Positions 1 to 8,875 of a stretch of DNA of 17,750 nucleotides are shown here, in pieces. Each line of letters opens with the position of its first letter. The first letter of the stretch is position 1. Origin of the DNA: Candidatus Scalinduaceae bacterium. Its GTDB lineage: Bacteria; Planctomycetota; Brocadiia; Brocadiales; Scalinduaceae. The position numbers and the translations under genes were made by a program. The stretch is taken from the NCBI GenBank assembly GCA_046759445.1, contig JBHICG010000069.1, positions 1 through 17,750 of the forward strand. The letters run 5' to 3'. The notes under the pieces were generated by a model. That model searched no databases and was not told the DNA's origin. It saw nothing but the letters and a program-made list of their open reading frames with translations.

Positions 1-110
1 AGTTAATGGAGCTGGATGAAGAGTTGGTGAAAAGTAAGGTCGATGATATTATAGGATTGCCTACAATGTTGAGGATGGCGGAGGGCGCTGAAACTCAACT
101 TTTTATTTAG
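1..110 (+). CDS. 3' end of DsrE/DsrF/DrsH-like (DrsE_2-type) sulfur-relay protein, partial
   Basis: Frame from nt 3 reads LMELDEELVKSKVDDIIGLPTMLRMAEGAETQLFI* (TAG at 108-110). The ...G..T....A......LFI C-terminus is typical of DsrE_2-family proteins, and the neighbouring JAB and TusA genes fit. Confidence 0.7.
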   Translation, partial: LMELDEELVKSKVDDIIGLPTMLRMAEGAETQLFI

Positions 111-179
111 AAGATGGAAAAGAGCCGTGTGTATGAGTTACACATTTAGCTATGAACGAAATAGCCTTCGAGGGTTTAT

Positions 180-845
180 GTGATTTATATTAAACATAAT
201 ATAATTAACAGGCTATTAAAGGAAGCTAAATCTGCTTATCCCTTTGAATGTTGCGGTATACTTATAGGTGACGATAGTGCAAAAAAAGTAGTACGTGAAG
301 TTTACCCGGTTGAAAACAAAAACAAGGAAAGAGCTCAGGATAGATACGAAATAGATTCAAAAACATTTAAAGATATAGACAGGGAGGCTACAAAAAAAAG
401 ATTAGAGATTATTGGCCTTTATCATTCACACCCTGACCATCCACCATCTCCCTCATTATTTGATACAGAATGTGCATCCGTTTGGCCGGGATATTCATAC
501 ATAATCATATCAGTTAAAAATAAGAAAGAGACAGAAGTAAAATCTTGGTATTTTGACCAAGAAAAACAGAAGCTTGAGGAAGAAGAACTAAAGATAAAGA
601 AACATAAATTGCTATTAGGATTGTCGCTTATAATTTTTAGTTTTGTTATATATTTCTGTGTGCCATTCATATTCTTTCTTCCATTATCTATGGAAGTCAA
701 AACCAGTTCAGCCTTCATAAGCTACTTCTTTAGTTGGAGTCTAGCAGGAAGCGGTATTTATATCAGTGCTAGAGAAGAATATAGAAGTGTAAAACATGTG
801 TTGGAAGACTTTTTGAATAAAAGAAAGAAGAGAAAAGAAAAATGA
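180..845 (+). CDS. Mov34/MPN/JAB (M67 family) metallopeptidase with C-terminal two-TM extension
   Basis: N-terminal PFECCG glutamate and intact JAMM motif YHSHPDHPPSPSLFD. Residues ~143-200 form two hydrophobic stretches followed by a basic tail. GTG start with GAGGG upstream. Confidence 0.88.
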   Translation: MIYIKHNIINRLLKEAKSAYPFECCGILIGDDSAKKVVREVYPVENKNKERAQDRYEIDSKTFKDIDREATKKRLEIIGLYHSHPDHPPSPSLFDTECASVWPGYSYIIISVKNKKETEVKSWYFDQEKQKLEEEELKIKKHKLLLGLSLIIFSFVIYFCVPFIFFLPLSMEVKTSSAFISYFFSWSLAGSGIYISAREEYRSVKHVLEDFLNKRKKRKEK

Positions 846-1081
846 GTGAAAATACGGTGGATGAAAAAATTGATTTGAGAGGAGTTCTTTGCCCAATTAA
901 TTTTGTTAAAACAAAGTTAAAGTTGGAAATGATGGAAGGGGGGCAGATTTTAGAAGTAATTCTGGATGATGGAGAACCGATGAGAAGTGTTCCCAGGAGC
1001 GTAAAGGAAGAGGGACACGAAATTATAAAGGTCGAGAAAGTTGACGGTTGTTACAAAATACTTATTAAAAAAGGCTCTTAA
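842..1081 (+). CDS. tusA: Sulfurtransferase TusA/SirA family protein
   Basis: 79 aa with DLRGVLCP (TusA D.RG..CP motif), LEVILDDG and YKILIKK. ATGA overlap with the upstream stop. Confidence 0.9.
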   Translation: MSENTVDEKIDLRGVLCPINFVKTKLKLEMMEGGQILEVILDDGEPMRSVPRSVKEEGHEIIKVEKVDGCYKILIKKGS

Positions 1082-1161
1082 CTGAAACAAATAAGCGGTA
1101 GTGTAAGTTGAACATAATGAATATTTCCACTAATTCAAAAGAAAGTAATTAACTTGCAAGA

Positions 1162-1248
1162 TCACGATTTTGTAGAGTTTGGTTTTCTGCCATGGTTTGC
1201 TTTTTTAGTACACCATTTTAGCTTACGTCTTTTACTGGTTTGAGCCAT
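1162..1248 (-). CDS. Small basic protein, ribosomal protein bL37-like (28 aa)
   Basis: Hand translation: MAQTSKRRKLKWCTKKANHGRKPNSTKS*. Contains KANHG-R-K-PN, matching the KANHGKRPN core of mycobacterial bL37. AAAGGA lies ~10 nt upstream of the ATG. Confidence 0.7.
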   Translation of the reverse strand: MAQTSKRRKLKWCTKKANHGRKPNSTKS

Positions 1249-1254
1249 TAAATA

Positions 1255-1419
1255 TTATCCTTTCATTTCTGTTGTATGATTCTTATTTTCCGTTTCTATT
1301 TTATCATGTTTTTCGTTTACGTCGTCTTCAATTTCATCCTCTACGCCTTTAATGCCTTTTTTGAACTCAACAATACCTTTTCCTAAGGATTTCATCACTT
1401 CTGGCAGCCTTTTGCCAAA
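1255..1419 (-). pseudogene. tatA: 5'-truncated twin-arginine translocase TatA/TatE subunit
   Basis: Hand translation: FGKRLPEVMKSLGKGIVEFKKGIKGVEDEIEDDVNEKHDKIETENKNHTTEMKG*, i.e. FG hinge, amphipathic helix and acidic tail. In frame upstream there is only polar IFKVFDKQEGYN preceded by TAA, so no N-terminal TM helix and no start codon. Confidence 0.85.
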
Positions 1420-1659
1420 GTTGTAACCTTCTTGTTTGTCAAATACTTTGAAGATTTAAATACCAGCTCTGTCTAATTTGCCATAACATCCTGTTAGAAG
1501 AAGTATTATGTGAAAGTTGTTTGGAGTAAACTAAATAGCTAATGATTTATGTATTGCGCAGTTAAGAATATATAATATTTGTTGTTTAATTTTTCAAATG
1601 AAGGGTTACTTATGAAACAAGTGCCCCTTTTTTGTGCGCTAAAACTGAACGTATTAACC

Positions 1660-1688
1660 TTGATTTGTCTGGAAAATAAGAATAAAAT
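1660..1688 (+). promoter_or_regulatory. Candidate sigma70 promoter for the flavoprotein/two-component cassette
   Basis: TTGATT (1660-1665), 17-nt spacer, TAAAAT (1683-1688). The AT-rich background lowers specificity. Confidence 0.35.
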
Positions 1689-1749
1689 TCGTATATAGGT
1701 TTTGGTGACAACGGATTACGTTAATTGTGACCTGGAATTTGTGAACAAT

Positions 1750-3141
1750 ATGTACGATAGCAAACCTTTTCTCAAGAATGGTTCTAAAATAGCAATAATA
1801 GGTGGGGGACCTGCCGGAAGTTTTTTTGCCCACTTTGCCTCGCGGTATGCGTCAGAAATGGGTATTGATGTATCTATAACAATTTTTGACAGAAAGAGTT
1901 TCTGCCAGAGGGGACCGCGAGGTTGCAATATGTGTGCGGGTGTCATCTCTGAGAATCTGTTTAATAAATTGGAAGAAGAGGAAATGGACATTGCACCTTT
2001 TTGTGTGCAGAGAAAAATAGAAGGCTATTACTTTCAGACGCAGGATGATAGTGTATGTCTTCATCATCCTGTTCCTGGACATATATCAAAAATTGTCACG
2101 GTATTTCGTGGGAATGGTCCTTTATTATCGCATCATGAAGGTAATATAAGTTTTGATGATTATCTTTTAAATCATGTTAAAAAAAAGGGGGTTAAAGTAA
2201 TCTTTGAGATTGTGAAAGGGCTTGAACTGCCTTCTAAAAAAGGAGGCCCGATAAAGGTTTTCTTTGGTGAAGGAGAATCAAAAAAAGAGCTTGAAGCAGA
2301 TTTAGTGGTCGGTGCTTTTGGCGTAAATACAGGTATGATGGAAAAGATAGCCCATGTAGGTTTTGGTTATAAACCGCCTAAAACCGTTCGAACGTGCCAG
2401 TGTGAAATAATGTTGAGTAATGAATATATTGAAAAGACCTTTGGCAATAATGTATTTGTTTTTGCATTGGGCAAAAAGGAACTTAAATTTGCGTCAATGA
2501 CACCAAAAGCAGACTATGTGACTGTTAATTTAGTAGGCAGACAGGATTTAACCAGAAACAATTTGATAGACTTTCTTAATCATCCTGCGGTAAGAAGATT
2601 GATGCCAGAAGATTGGGAGATACCAAAAAGTTTTTGTATGTGTATTGCGAAGATTCCGGTAACCTATGCTAAACATCCTTATACGGACAGAATGGTTATT
2701 TTAGGGGATGCAAGTATTTCACGTTCTTATAAAAGTGGTATTGAATCGGCCTTTAACATGGCAAAGCTATCAGCCTATACAGCTATTAAGTGCGGTGTAT
2801 TCAGAGAAGCATTTATGAATGGTTATTTTAAACCGGCGAAACGGCTCCTGGCTCGTGATAACTTATATGGTATAATGATGTTAAAAATTAATGATTACAT
2901 ATCATCTCAAAGACAAATTGCAAATGCCCACATAAAGGTTATCAAATCCAAAAAGGATAAGAAAGTTGCAGATCAAGTCAACGAGATATTATGGAACATG
3001 TTAACGGGAAATATACCTTACAAAGAAATATTCTATAAGGCCATAAACCTGCGTTTAGTATCAAAGATGTTGCCGATTGATACGATTGCATGGGCAAGAC
3101 AAAAGAGAAATGACATTAATGCCTGGTTTAAGATGAATTGA
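1750..3141 (+). CDS. Geranylgeranyl-reductase-like FAD-dependent oxidoreductase (single domain), function unknown
   Basis: IAIIGGGPAG Rossmann motif, GPRGCNMCAGVISE, FDDYLL, ADLVVGAFG, LGDA...KSGIESA. The ORF is open from 1702; ATG 1750 was chosen because it aligns with the N-terminus of the paralogous domain in the next gene. Confidence 0.8.
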   Translation: MYDSKPFLKNGSKIAIIGGGPAGSFFAHFASRYASEMGIDVSITIFDRKSFCQRGPRGCNMCAGVISENLFNKLEEEEMDIAPFCVQRKIEGYYFQTQDDSVCLHHPVPGHISKIVTVFRGNGPLLSHHEGNISFDDYLLNHVKKKGVKVIFEIVKGLELPSKKGGPIKVFFGEGESKKELEADLVVGAFGVNTGMMEKIAHVGFGYKPPKTVRTCQCEIMLSNEYIEKTFGNNVFVFALGKKELKFASMTPKADYVTVNLVGRQDLTRNNLIDFLNHPAVRRLMPEDWEIPKSFCMCIAKIPVTYAKHPYTDRMVILGDASISRSYKSGIESAFNMAKLSAYTAIKCGVFREAFMNGYFKPAKRLLARDNLYGIMMLKINDYISSQRQIANAHIKVIKSKKDKKVADQVNEILWNMLTGNIPYKEIFYKAINLRLVSKMLPIDTIAWARQKRNDINAWFKMN

Positions 3142-5897
3142 TGTATTGTTCGGATGTTAAGTGTCCTATGAAAGACAGAGATTTTTTTCTAAATAACGGT
3201 TCACAGATTGCCATAATTGGCGGAGGTCCTGCGGGCAGCTTTTTTGCCCACTTTGCTTCAAGGATTGCCAAGGAAAGAGGTATAGAAATTCACATAAGCA
3301 TATTTGAAGGAAAAGACTTTAGTCGAAAAGGACCTCGAGGTTGCAATCTATGTGCGGGAGTTATTTCAGAAAAACTGTATAGCGAATTAAAAAACAATGA
3401 CTTTCTTCTTCCAGAAAAATGCATTCAAAAGGAGATTGAGGGCTATTGCTTACATACACAAGATGGACTTGTAGAGACTCGCAATCCAAGACCATCAGCA
3501 GAAAAAAAGATAGTAACCGTTTACAGGGGTAATGGTCCTATGTTTTCACAACAGACGGAAGATATAAGTTTTGACAACTTTCTTTTAAAACATATTGAGG
3601 ACATGGGAGTTAAAGTATGTTCTGAGATTGTAAGTGAAGTAATATTGCCATCAAACACGAAAGAACGGGCTAAAATAGTCTTTGGAAAAAAAGGCTCAAG
3701 GGAAGAGATGGCTGTGGATTTAGTAGTCGGCGCATTTGGATTGAATAGTGGTATGATGGAAAAAATCAAGAAATTAGGATTTGATTATATACCTCCCCGT
3801 ACTATCAGGGTTTGCCAGGCAGAGATTTATTTAGGTAAGGAGGATGTTTATAAATATTTTAAAAATAAGATTCACATCTTTTCACTAGGAATAAAACCAA
3901 TTATATATGCCACTCTTACTCCCAGAGGGGACTATATAACGGCTACATTGATTGGCAAAACAGACTTAAATAAAGCCCATTTACTTGAATTTCTTAGTCA
4001 TCCTATTGTTCGCCACATGTTTTCTGAAGGTTGGAAGATGCCGGAGAATTATTGTATTTGTTTCCCCAAAATAAATATGACACAGGCAAGGCATCCATTT
4101 GCAGATAGATTTGTTGTTGTAGGAAGTGCGGCGCTTTCGAGATATTATAAAAACGGGATTGAATCCGCTCTGGTTACATCTAAGATAGCTGCAGAAAGTG
4201 TATTTGAATTAGGTTTTTCAGAAAGGGCATTTTTAAGGGGTTATTATAGACCAGTCAAAAAGCTCCTGGGTTCAGATAATTTTTATGGGCGGAGGATATT
4301 TGCCCTTAATAATTATATAACGTCCAGAAGGCGTATCTCATCCAGTTACATAGCGCTCCTTGAATCAGGCAAGGATTCACCAACTGTCAAGAAGCAGTTG
4401 GAAGTTATATGGAGTATGTGTACGGGAAGTATTCCCTATAAAAGGGTGTTTTTAAAGGCATTTGATCCAATTTTACAGTTCAAATTAATGCCTATTACTT
4501 TGACTGCGTGGACTAAACAGGTTATTGAATCTACTGTTGGTGGTAGTGAGTTGAGACACTTAAGGAGGTTAAGACATTTGGCAAATAAGGGACTTGGTCC
4601 CCTTGAGGATGGTCAAACAGTTGTGATTATAGGTGGAGGTCCTGCAGGAACTAGCTGTGCAATTACACTTTGTAGATTAGCCAAAAGGCGTAATATAGAT
4701 TTGAACATAGTATTGTATGAGGGTAAGGATTTTGGAAAAGCTCAACAGTTTAATCCATGTGTAGGAGTACTTTCTCCGCCGATAGAAGAAATACTGGAAA
4801 AGGATTTAGGGATTCCATTCCCACGTGATCTTGTACTAGAAGAAATCCCTGCGTATTATTTACATTCTGATGAAGAAGTGATAAAATTAAAGTGTGATGG
4901 TGAAATATCGCATGCGGTACGGAGAATGTTATTTGACAACTATTTAATACATAAAGCAAGAGATGCAGGTGTAAAAGTAATACGAAGCCGTATAACAAAT
5001 ATTGATGTTGAACCAAGTGGTGTAATGGTTTATAGTGAGAATGATAATAGACGGGCTGATGTTATAGTTGGAGCATTTGGTTTAGATGAGGGCGCATGCA
5101 AGGTTTTTGAAACAGCAACGCGTTATCGAACAGCTCGCTATTTGAGCACTATTATGACTAAGTTTTATCCTGAAAAAGGGGAGATGGAAAAGTTTGGGAA
5201 CTGTATACATGCATTTCTTCCTTCGCTTAAGGGTATAGAGTTTGGTGCCATAACTCCTAAAATCGACCATTTTGACATAAATATTGCTGGTTCAAAGGTT
5301 AATTGGCGTTGGATGGATAACTTTCTTTTGCTACCACAGGTAAACAAAGTTTTACCCTCTAATTTTGCTATGCAAAGGCACGAATTATCTTATAGCAGGT
5401 GGCAGTTTCCAATAGCTCCTGCAAAACATCTCTTCGGTGATAGATATGTAACTATAGGCGATGCGGCAGGCATAATTCGCGCCTTTAAAGGTAAAGGTAT
5501 CAATAACGCCTGTATTACTGGTATTAGGGCTGCAGAGGTTATGATGGACGTGGGCATATCCAGAGAGGCTTTTAGGGATTACTATGATAGTTTTTCTTAT
5601 ATAACAGGTGATCTTCCTTATGGAAAAGCCGTCAGGCGTCTTGCAACATTCAGTGCGCATTTTGGACTATTCACACCTATGATTAAACTTGCAAAAGAAA
5701 ATAAGGCTTTTCAAACAGCTCTTTTCCATTCTGTTGCCGGTAGCAAAATGTTTAAAAGAATCATCTTTGACACAATTAGTATGCATTTAATTTGGAAAAT
5801 TACAAAGATTCTTGTTTTCTGGCTTTTAAAGCAATTCTCCTTTATGCTGTGGGTAGTAAAACCCGTAAGTAAACTTATAGCTAATAAGCGAACTTGA
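3141..5897 (+). CDS. Tandem two-domain geranylgeranyl-reductase-like FAD-dependent oxidoreductase
   Basis: Two GGGPAG motifs and two VGAFG motifs. Domain A (GPRGCNLCAGVISE, GSA...KNGIESA) is closely paralogous to the upstream gene. Domain B has NPCVGVLSPP and GDAAGIIRAFKGKGI. ATG 3141 overlaps the upstream stop (TGATG); TTG 3138 and ATG 3168 are alternatives. Confidence 0.8.
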   Translation: MYCSDVKCPMKDRDFFLNNGSQIAIIGGGPAGSFFAHFASRIAKERGIEIHISIFEGKDFSRKGPRGCNLCAGVISEKLYSELKNNDFLLPEKCIQKEIEGYCLHTQDGLVETRNPRPSAEKKIVTVYRGNGPMFSQQTEDISFDNFLLKHIEDMGVKVCSEIVSEVILPSNTKERAKIVFGKKGSREEMAVDLVVGAFGLNSGMMEKIKKLGFDYIPPRTIRVCQAEIYLGKEDVYKYFKNKIHIFSLGIKPIIYATLTPRGDYITATLIGKTDLNKAHLLEFLSHPIVRHMFSEGWKMPENYCICFPKINMTQARHPFADRFVVVGSAALSRYYKNGIESALVTSKIAAESVFELGFSERAFLRGYYRPVKKLLGSDNFYGRRIFALNNYITSRRRISSSYIALLESGKDSPTVKKQLEVIWSMCTGSIPYKRVFLKAFDPILQFKLMPITLTAWTKQVIESTVGGSELRHLRRLRHLANKGLGPLEDGQTVVIIGGGPAGTSCAITLCRLAKRRNIDLNIVLYEGKDFGKAQQFNPCVGVLSPPIEEILEKDLGIPFPRDLVLEEIPAYYLHSDEEVIKLKCDGEISHAVRRMLFDNYLIHKARDAGVKVIRSRITNIDVEPSGVMVYSENDNRRADVIVGAFGLDEGACKVFETATRYRTARYLSTIMTKFYPEKGEMEKFGNCIHAFLPSLKGIEFGAITPKIDHFDINIAGSKVNWRWMDNFLLLPQVNKVLPSNFAMQRHELSYSRWQFPIAPAKHLFGDRYVTIGDAAGIIRAFKGKGINNACITGIRAAEVMMDVGISREAFRDYYDSFSYITGDLPYGKAVRRLATFSAHFGLFTPMIKLAKENKAFQTALFHSVAGSKMFKRIIFDTISMHLIWKITKILVFWLLKQFSFMLWVVKPVSKLIANKRT

Positions 5898-8350
5898 TAT
5901 CATTTAAAATGGGGAAAAAAGATATTTTTATTTTAGAAGTCTTTAAGGAAAATGGACTCCCTTTCATTCTTGAAAAAGGGAGAGCCTTTTGGAAAGCTGT
6001 CCAAATCAAATCAATAAAAAAGAAGACTTTTCTATTATTCTTAATACTGGCTCTTATCCCTCTGATAGTAATGAGAATGGTTGTTTATCCTAAAGCACAG
6101 AAGGCATTGCAAGAATCTCTGATACTTAATTTGCAAGGTGTTGGTCATAAACAGGCTGAACTTATCAAGGGTTGGATGGAAGAAAGAAAGGGTGACGCAA
6201 GGGTTATTGCAGAAAATCCTTTTACGCTCCTTGCTACCAGAATCACAATAGATGATGAGAGATTCTGGCGTTTGTTGAGTTATGCTGAGTATATAAAATA
6301 CGAGTACGGTTATAAGGAAATTCTTATAAGCGATGCTGAGGGTGTTGTTACCATATCAACCACAAAGGGTAAAGTAGGCATAAGTATCTCTGAATACGAA
6401 TATTTTAGGAGGGCAATGGATGGGACTACATTCGTATCTCAAATAGTCCCATCAGAAATCCCAATTGAAAATGAATTTGGGCAGATGGAAATGGGTATGC
6501 CAACTATGATTGTATCTACACCTATTACAGACCGAAATAGAATCATGGGGGTCGCATGTCTCAGGGTCGATGTGAATAAAATAAGTGACTTGATGAGGAG
6601 TATAAAATTAGGTGAAAGTGGTGAAACATATCTTATTAATAAACAAGGGTATATGATAACAGAATCTCGATTTGTTCCGTATCTAAAGAAGGAAGGGTTT
6701 ATAAAAAAAAGAACTACCTTGGAAGTAAAGTTAATCAACCCTGAAACAGGAAAATTGACCAAGTCGGTGTCAGAATGTTTAAAAGCGTATGAAGGCTATG
6801 ATGGTGAAGGGTATTTAGATTATCGTGGAGTAAAGGTAATAGGTTTCTGGCGATGGATTTCTGAACTTGATTGGGGCATAATAGCTGAAATTGATTATGA
6901 CGAAGGTTATAAGGCGGTTAACAAACTACATAGGAATGTTACTACCATTATGATAATAGTTTCGATAGGAATAATAGTGCTCGCCTTTTTTATGGGACAA
7001 AGGATGACTGCACCAATCCTTTTTTTGACAGAAGCAACAAGAAAAATGGCTTCAGGTGACCTCACTCAAAGTGTAAAGATTAAATCCAGGGATGAAATTG
7101 GTGAGCTTGCAGATTCCTTTAACTTAATGACCAGAACAATAAACAAGAGAAATAAGGAGCTTCAATCGTCTAACATTTTTATGGAATCAATGTTTGATGC
7201 CATAAGAGATCCCATGACTGTCCTGGATAAGGAGGGGAATATTCTACAAGTAAATAAGGTCGCAATGGATACTTACGGCGAGGATATTGTTGGTAAAAAA
7301 TGCTATTGCGTTTATAAAGGCAGAGAGGAAATTTGTAATAATTGTCCTACAATGAAGGCAATTGAAACACTATCGCCTGCGACGGCAGAGCACTATGTCG
7401 AAAGGGATAAAAAACATGTCTTTATTGCATCATATCCTATACTGGATAATGAAGGCAAGTTAGAGTCTATAATAAAGATTGTAAGAGATATTACTGAGCA
7501 GAAGAAGCTTGAAAAAGAACTTCAAAATTATACTGCAAATCTTGAAAAAACTGTTGAGGAAAGGACAAGGGATTTGAAGTTAATAAATAAAGAACTTGAA
7601 CAAAGGAGCTTTGAAATAGAAAGGGCGAATGAGGAATTGCGAGGTCTTGATAAGATGAAAGACACAATGATTCGGGACGTGTCTCACGAATTGAAATCGC
7701 CTGTTGCACAGGTTCAAATGGCAATAGATCTCTGGAATAATGAAGTAAATAAGAAAAATGTGGATAGAACAAAAGAACAGAGATTAAATAAAATAATCAA
7801 TGATAATATAAAAAGGCTTCAGAAGACTATTCAAAGCATCCTGGCTTTATCTGTTTTGGAGTCTGGTCGTGTGAAATACCAAAGAGAGCACTTGGACTTG
7901 CAAGAAATAATACATCAGGTGACTGAAGGGTTAAAATTATTAGCAAGTAAGAAAAATTTAACATTAACCGTAAAAGCCAATGACAAATTGCCAGAAGTTT
8001 TGGGAGATAAACAGGAAATTACCAGAGTCATTTCTAACTTGATAGATAATGCTATTAAATATTCTGAATCTGGAGAAATTATCGTGTCTGCTGTGACAAG
8101 ATATACAGAAATTGAAGTGGCGGTTAAAGATACTGGAATCGGTTTAAGTACACCGAAGGGTCATTACGATAAACTTTTTACTAGATTTTTTCAAGAAAAA
8201 GCAAGGAGCGACGGTTCCGGTGTAGGCCTTGCTATCTGCAAGAAAATTGTTGAGGCGCATGGTGGCAGAATTTGGGCTGAGAGCGAAGGCAAAGGTAAGG
8301 GATCTACGTTTAAGTTTACCTTGCCTTTGAATAGCAGTAAAAGAGGGTAA
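5894..8350 (+). CDS. Membrane sensor histidine kinase: TM, Cache-like periplasmic domain, TM, HAMP, PAS, HisKA, HATPase
   Basis: Two TM segments, GESGETYLIN Cache-like motif, HAMP (DEIGELADSFN), PAS (DPMTVLDKEGNILQVNK...RDITEQK), H-box SHELKSP, N-box NLIDNAIKY, DTGIG and GSGVGL. TTG start overlaps the upstream TGA; ATG 5909 is an alternative. Confidence 0.93.
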   Translation: MISFKMGKKDIFILEVFKENGLPFILEKGRAFWKAVQIKSIKKKTFLLFLILALIPLIVMRMVVYPKAQKALQESLILNLQGVGHKQAELIKGWMEERKGDARVIAENPFTLLATRITIDDERFWRLLSYAEYIKYEYGYKEILISDAEGVVTISTTKGKVGISISEYEYFRRAMDGTTFVSQIVPSEIPIENEFGQMEMGMPTMIVSTPITDRNRIMGVACLRVDVNKISDLMRSIKLGESGETYLINKQGYMITESRFVPYLKKEGFIKKRTTLEVKLINPETGKLTKSVSECLKAYEGYDGEGYLDYRGVKVIGFWRWISELDWGIIAEIDYDEGYKAVNKLHRNVTTIMIIVSIGIIVLAFFMGQRMTAPILFLTEATRKMASGDLTQSVKIKSRDEIGELADSFNLMTRTINKRNKELQSSNIFMESMFDAIRDPMTVLDKEGNILQVNKVAMDTYGEDIVGKKCYCVYKGREEICNNCPTMKAIETLSPATAEHYVERDKKHVFIASYPILDNEGKLESIIKIVRDITEQKKLEKELQNYTANLEKTVEERTRDLKLINKELEQRSFEIERANEELRGLDKMKDTMIRDVSHELKSPVAQVQMAIDLWNNEVNKKNVDRTKEQRLNKIINDNIKRLQKTIQSILALSVLESGRVKYQREHLDLQEIIHQVTEGLKLLASKKNLTLTVKANDKLPEVLGDKQEITRVISNLIDNAIKYSESGEIIVSAVTRYTEIEVAVKDTGIGLSTPKGHYDKLFTRFFQEKARSDGSGVGLAICKKIVEAHGGRIWAESEGKGKGSTFKFTLPLNSSKRG

Positions 8351-8472
8351 GTAAAGAATAGTGCCTTAATATCTAATCTTAATGTGGGTTGGCTATTTAT
8401 TCCCTTCAAATGATAGAAAAGGTGAACATTAACGTACGAATATTTTAAACTTCTATAATATAGTAGTGAGAT

Positions 8473-8844
8473 ATGACCAAGAAAATAATGATAGTTGAGG
8501 ATGAAAAAACCTTTCAAGACTTATATAAAGTAATGTTTGAGGGTAATAATTATGATATAACGTATGCTTATGACGGTGAAGAAGCTATGAATAAATTGGA
8601 ACAAACCAAACCTGATTTGATAATCCTGGATATGCTTCTGGACATGGTTACGGGAGACGCTTTTTTCTTGCATCTAAAAGGTATGCCTGAATACGCGGAT
8701 ATTCCCGTAATAATAATCAGCGCCTTCTCTCAAAAACAATACAAAAGCCTTAAAAAAACAGATCCAAATCTTGTGTATATTGAGAAATCATATCTGACCA
8801 AGGAAAGATTACTTGATGAAGTAGAGAAGAAATTATCAGATTAA
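8473..8844 (+). CDS. Single-domain response regulator (CheY-like receiver)
   Basis: IMIVEDE, KPDLIILD phospho-Asp, IIISA and a conserved Lys (EKS). 123 aa with no output domain. Confidence 0.92.
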   Translation: MTKKIMIVEDEKTFQDLYKVMFEGNNYDITYAYDGEEAMNKLEQTKPDLIILDMLLDMVTGDAFFLHLKGMPEYADIPVIIISAFSQKQYKSLKKTDPNLVYIEKSYLTKERLLDEVEKKLSD

Positions 8845-8875
8845 TTCCAATAAAAATAATTTCTGTTTCTTGATT

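Noticed and set aside
422..718. 98-aa minus-strand ORF with a Ser run
   Set aside because: Antisense shadow of the JAB gene. The Ser run mirrors GAA/GAG Glu codons.
1716..5660. Several 60-91 aa minus-strand ORFs inside the flavoprotein genes
   Set aside because: Fully antisense to well-supported CDSs, with no recognisable motifs.
1750..5897. Assignment as true geranylgeranyl reductase, halogenase or ladderane-lipid enzyme
   Set aside because: The YxWxFP/WxWxIP motifs are absent and there are no lipid or secondary-metabolite genes nearby, so a specific function cannot be supported.
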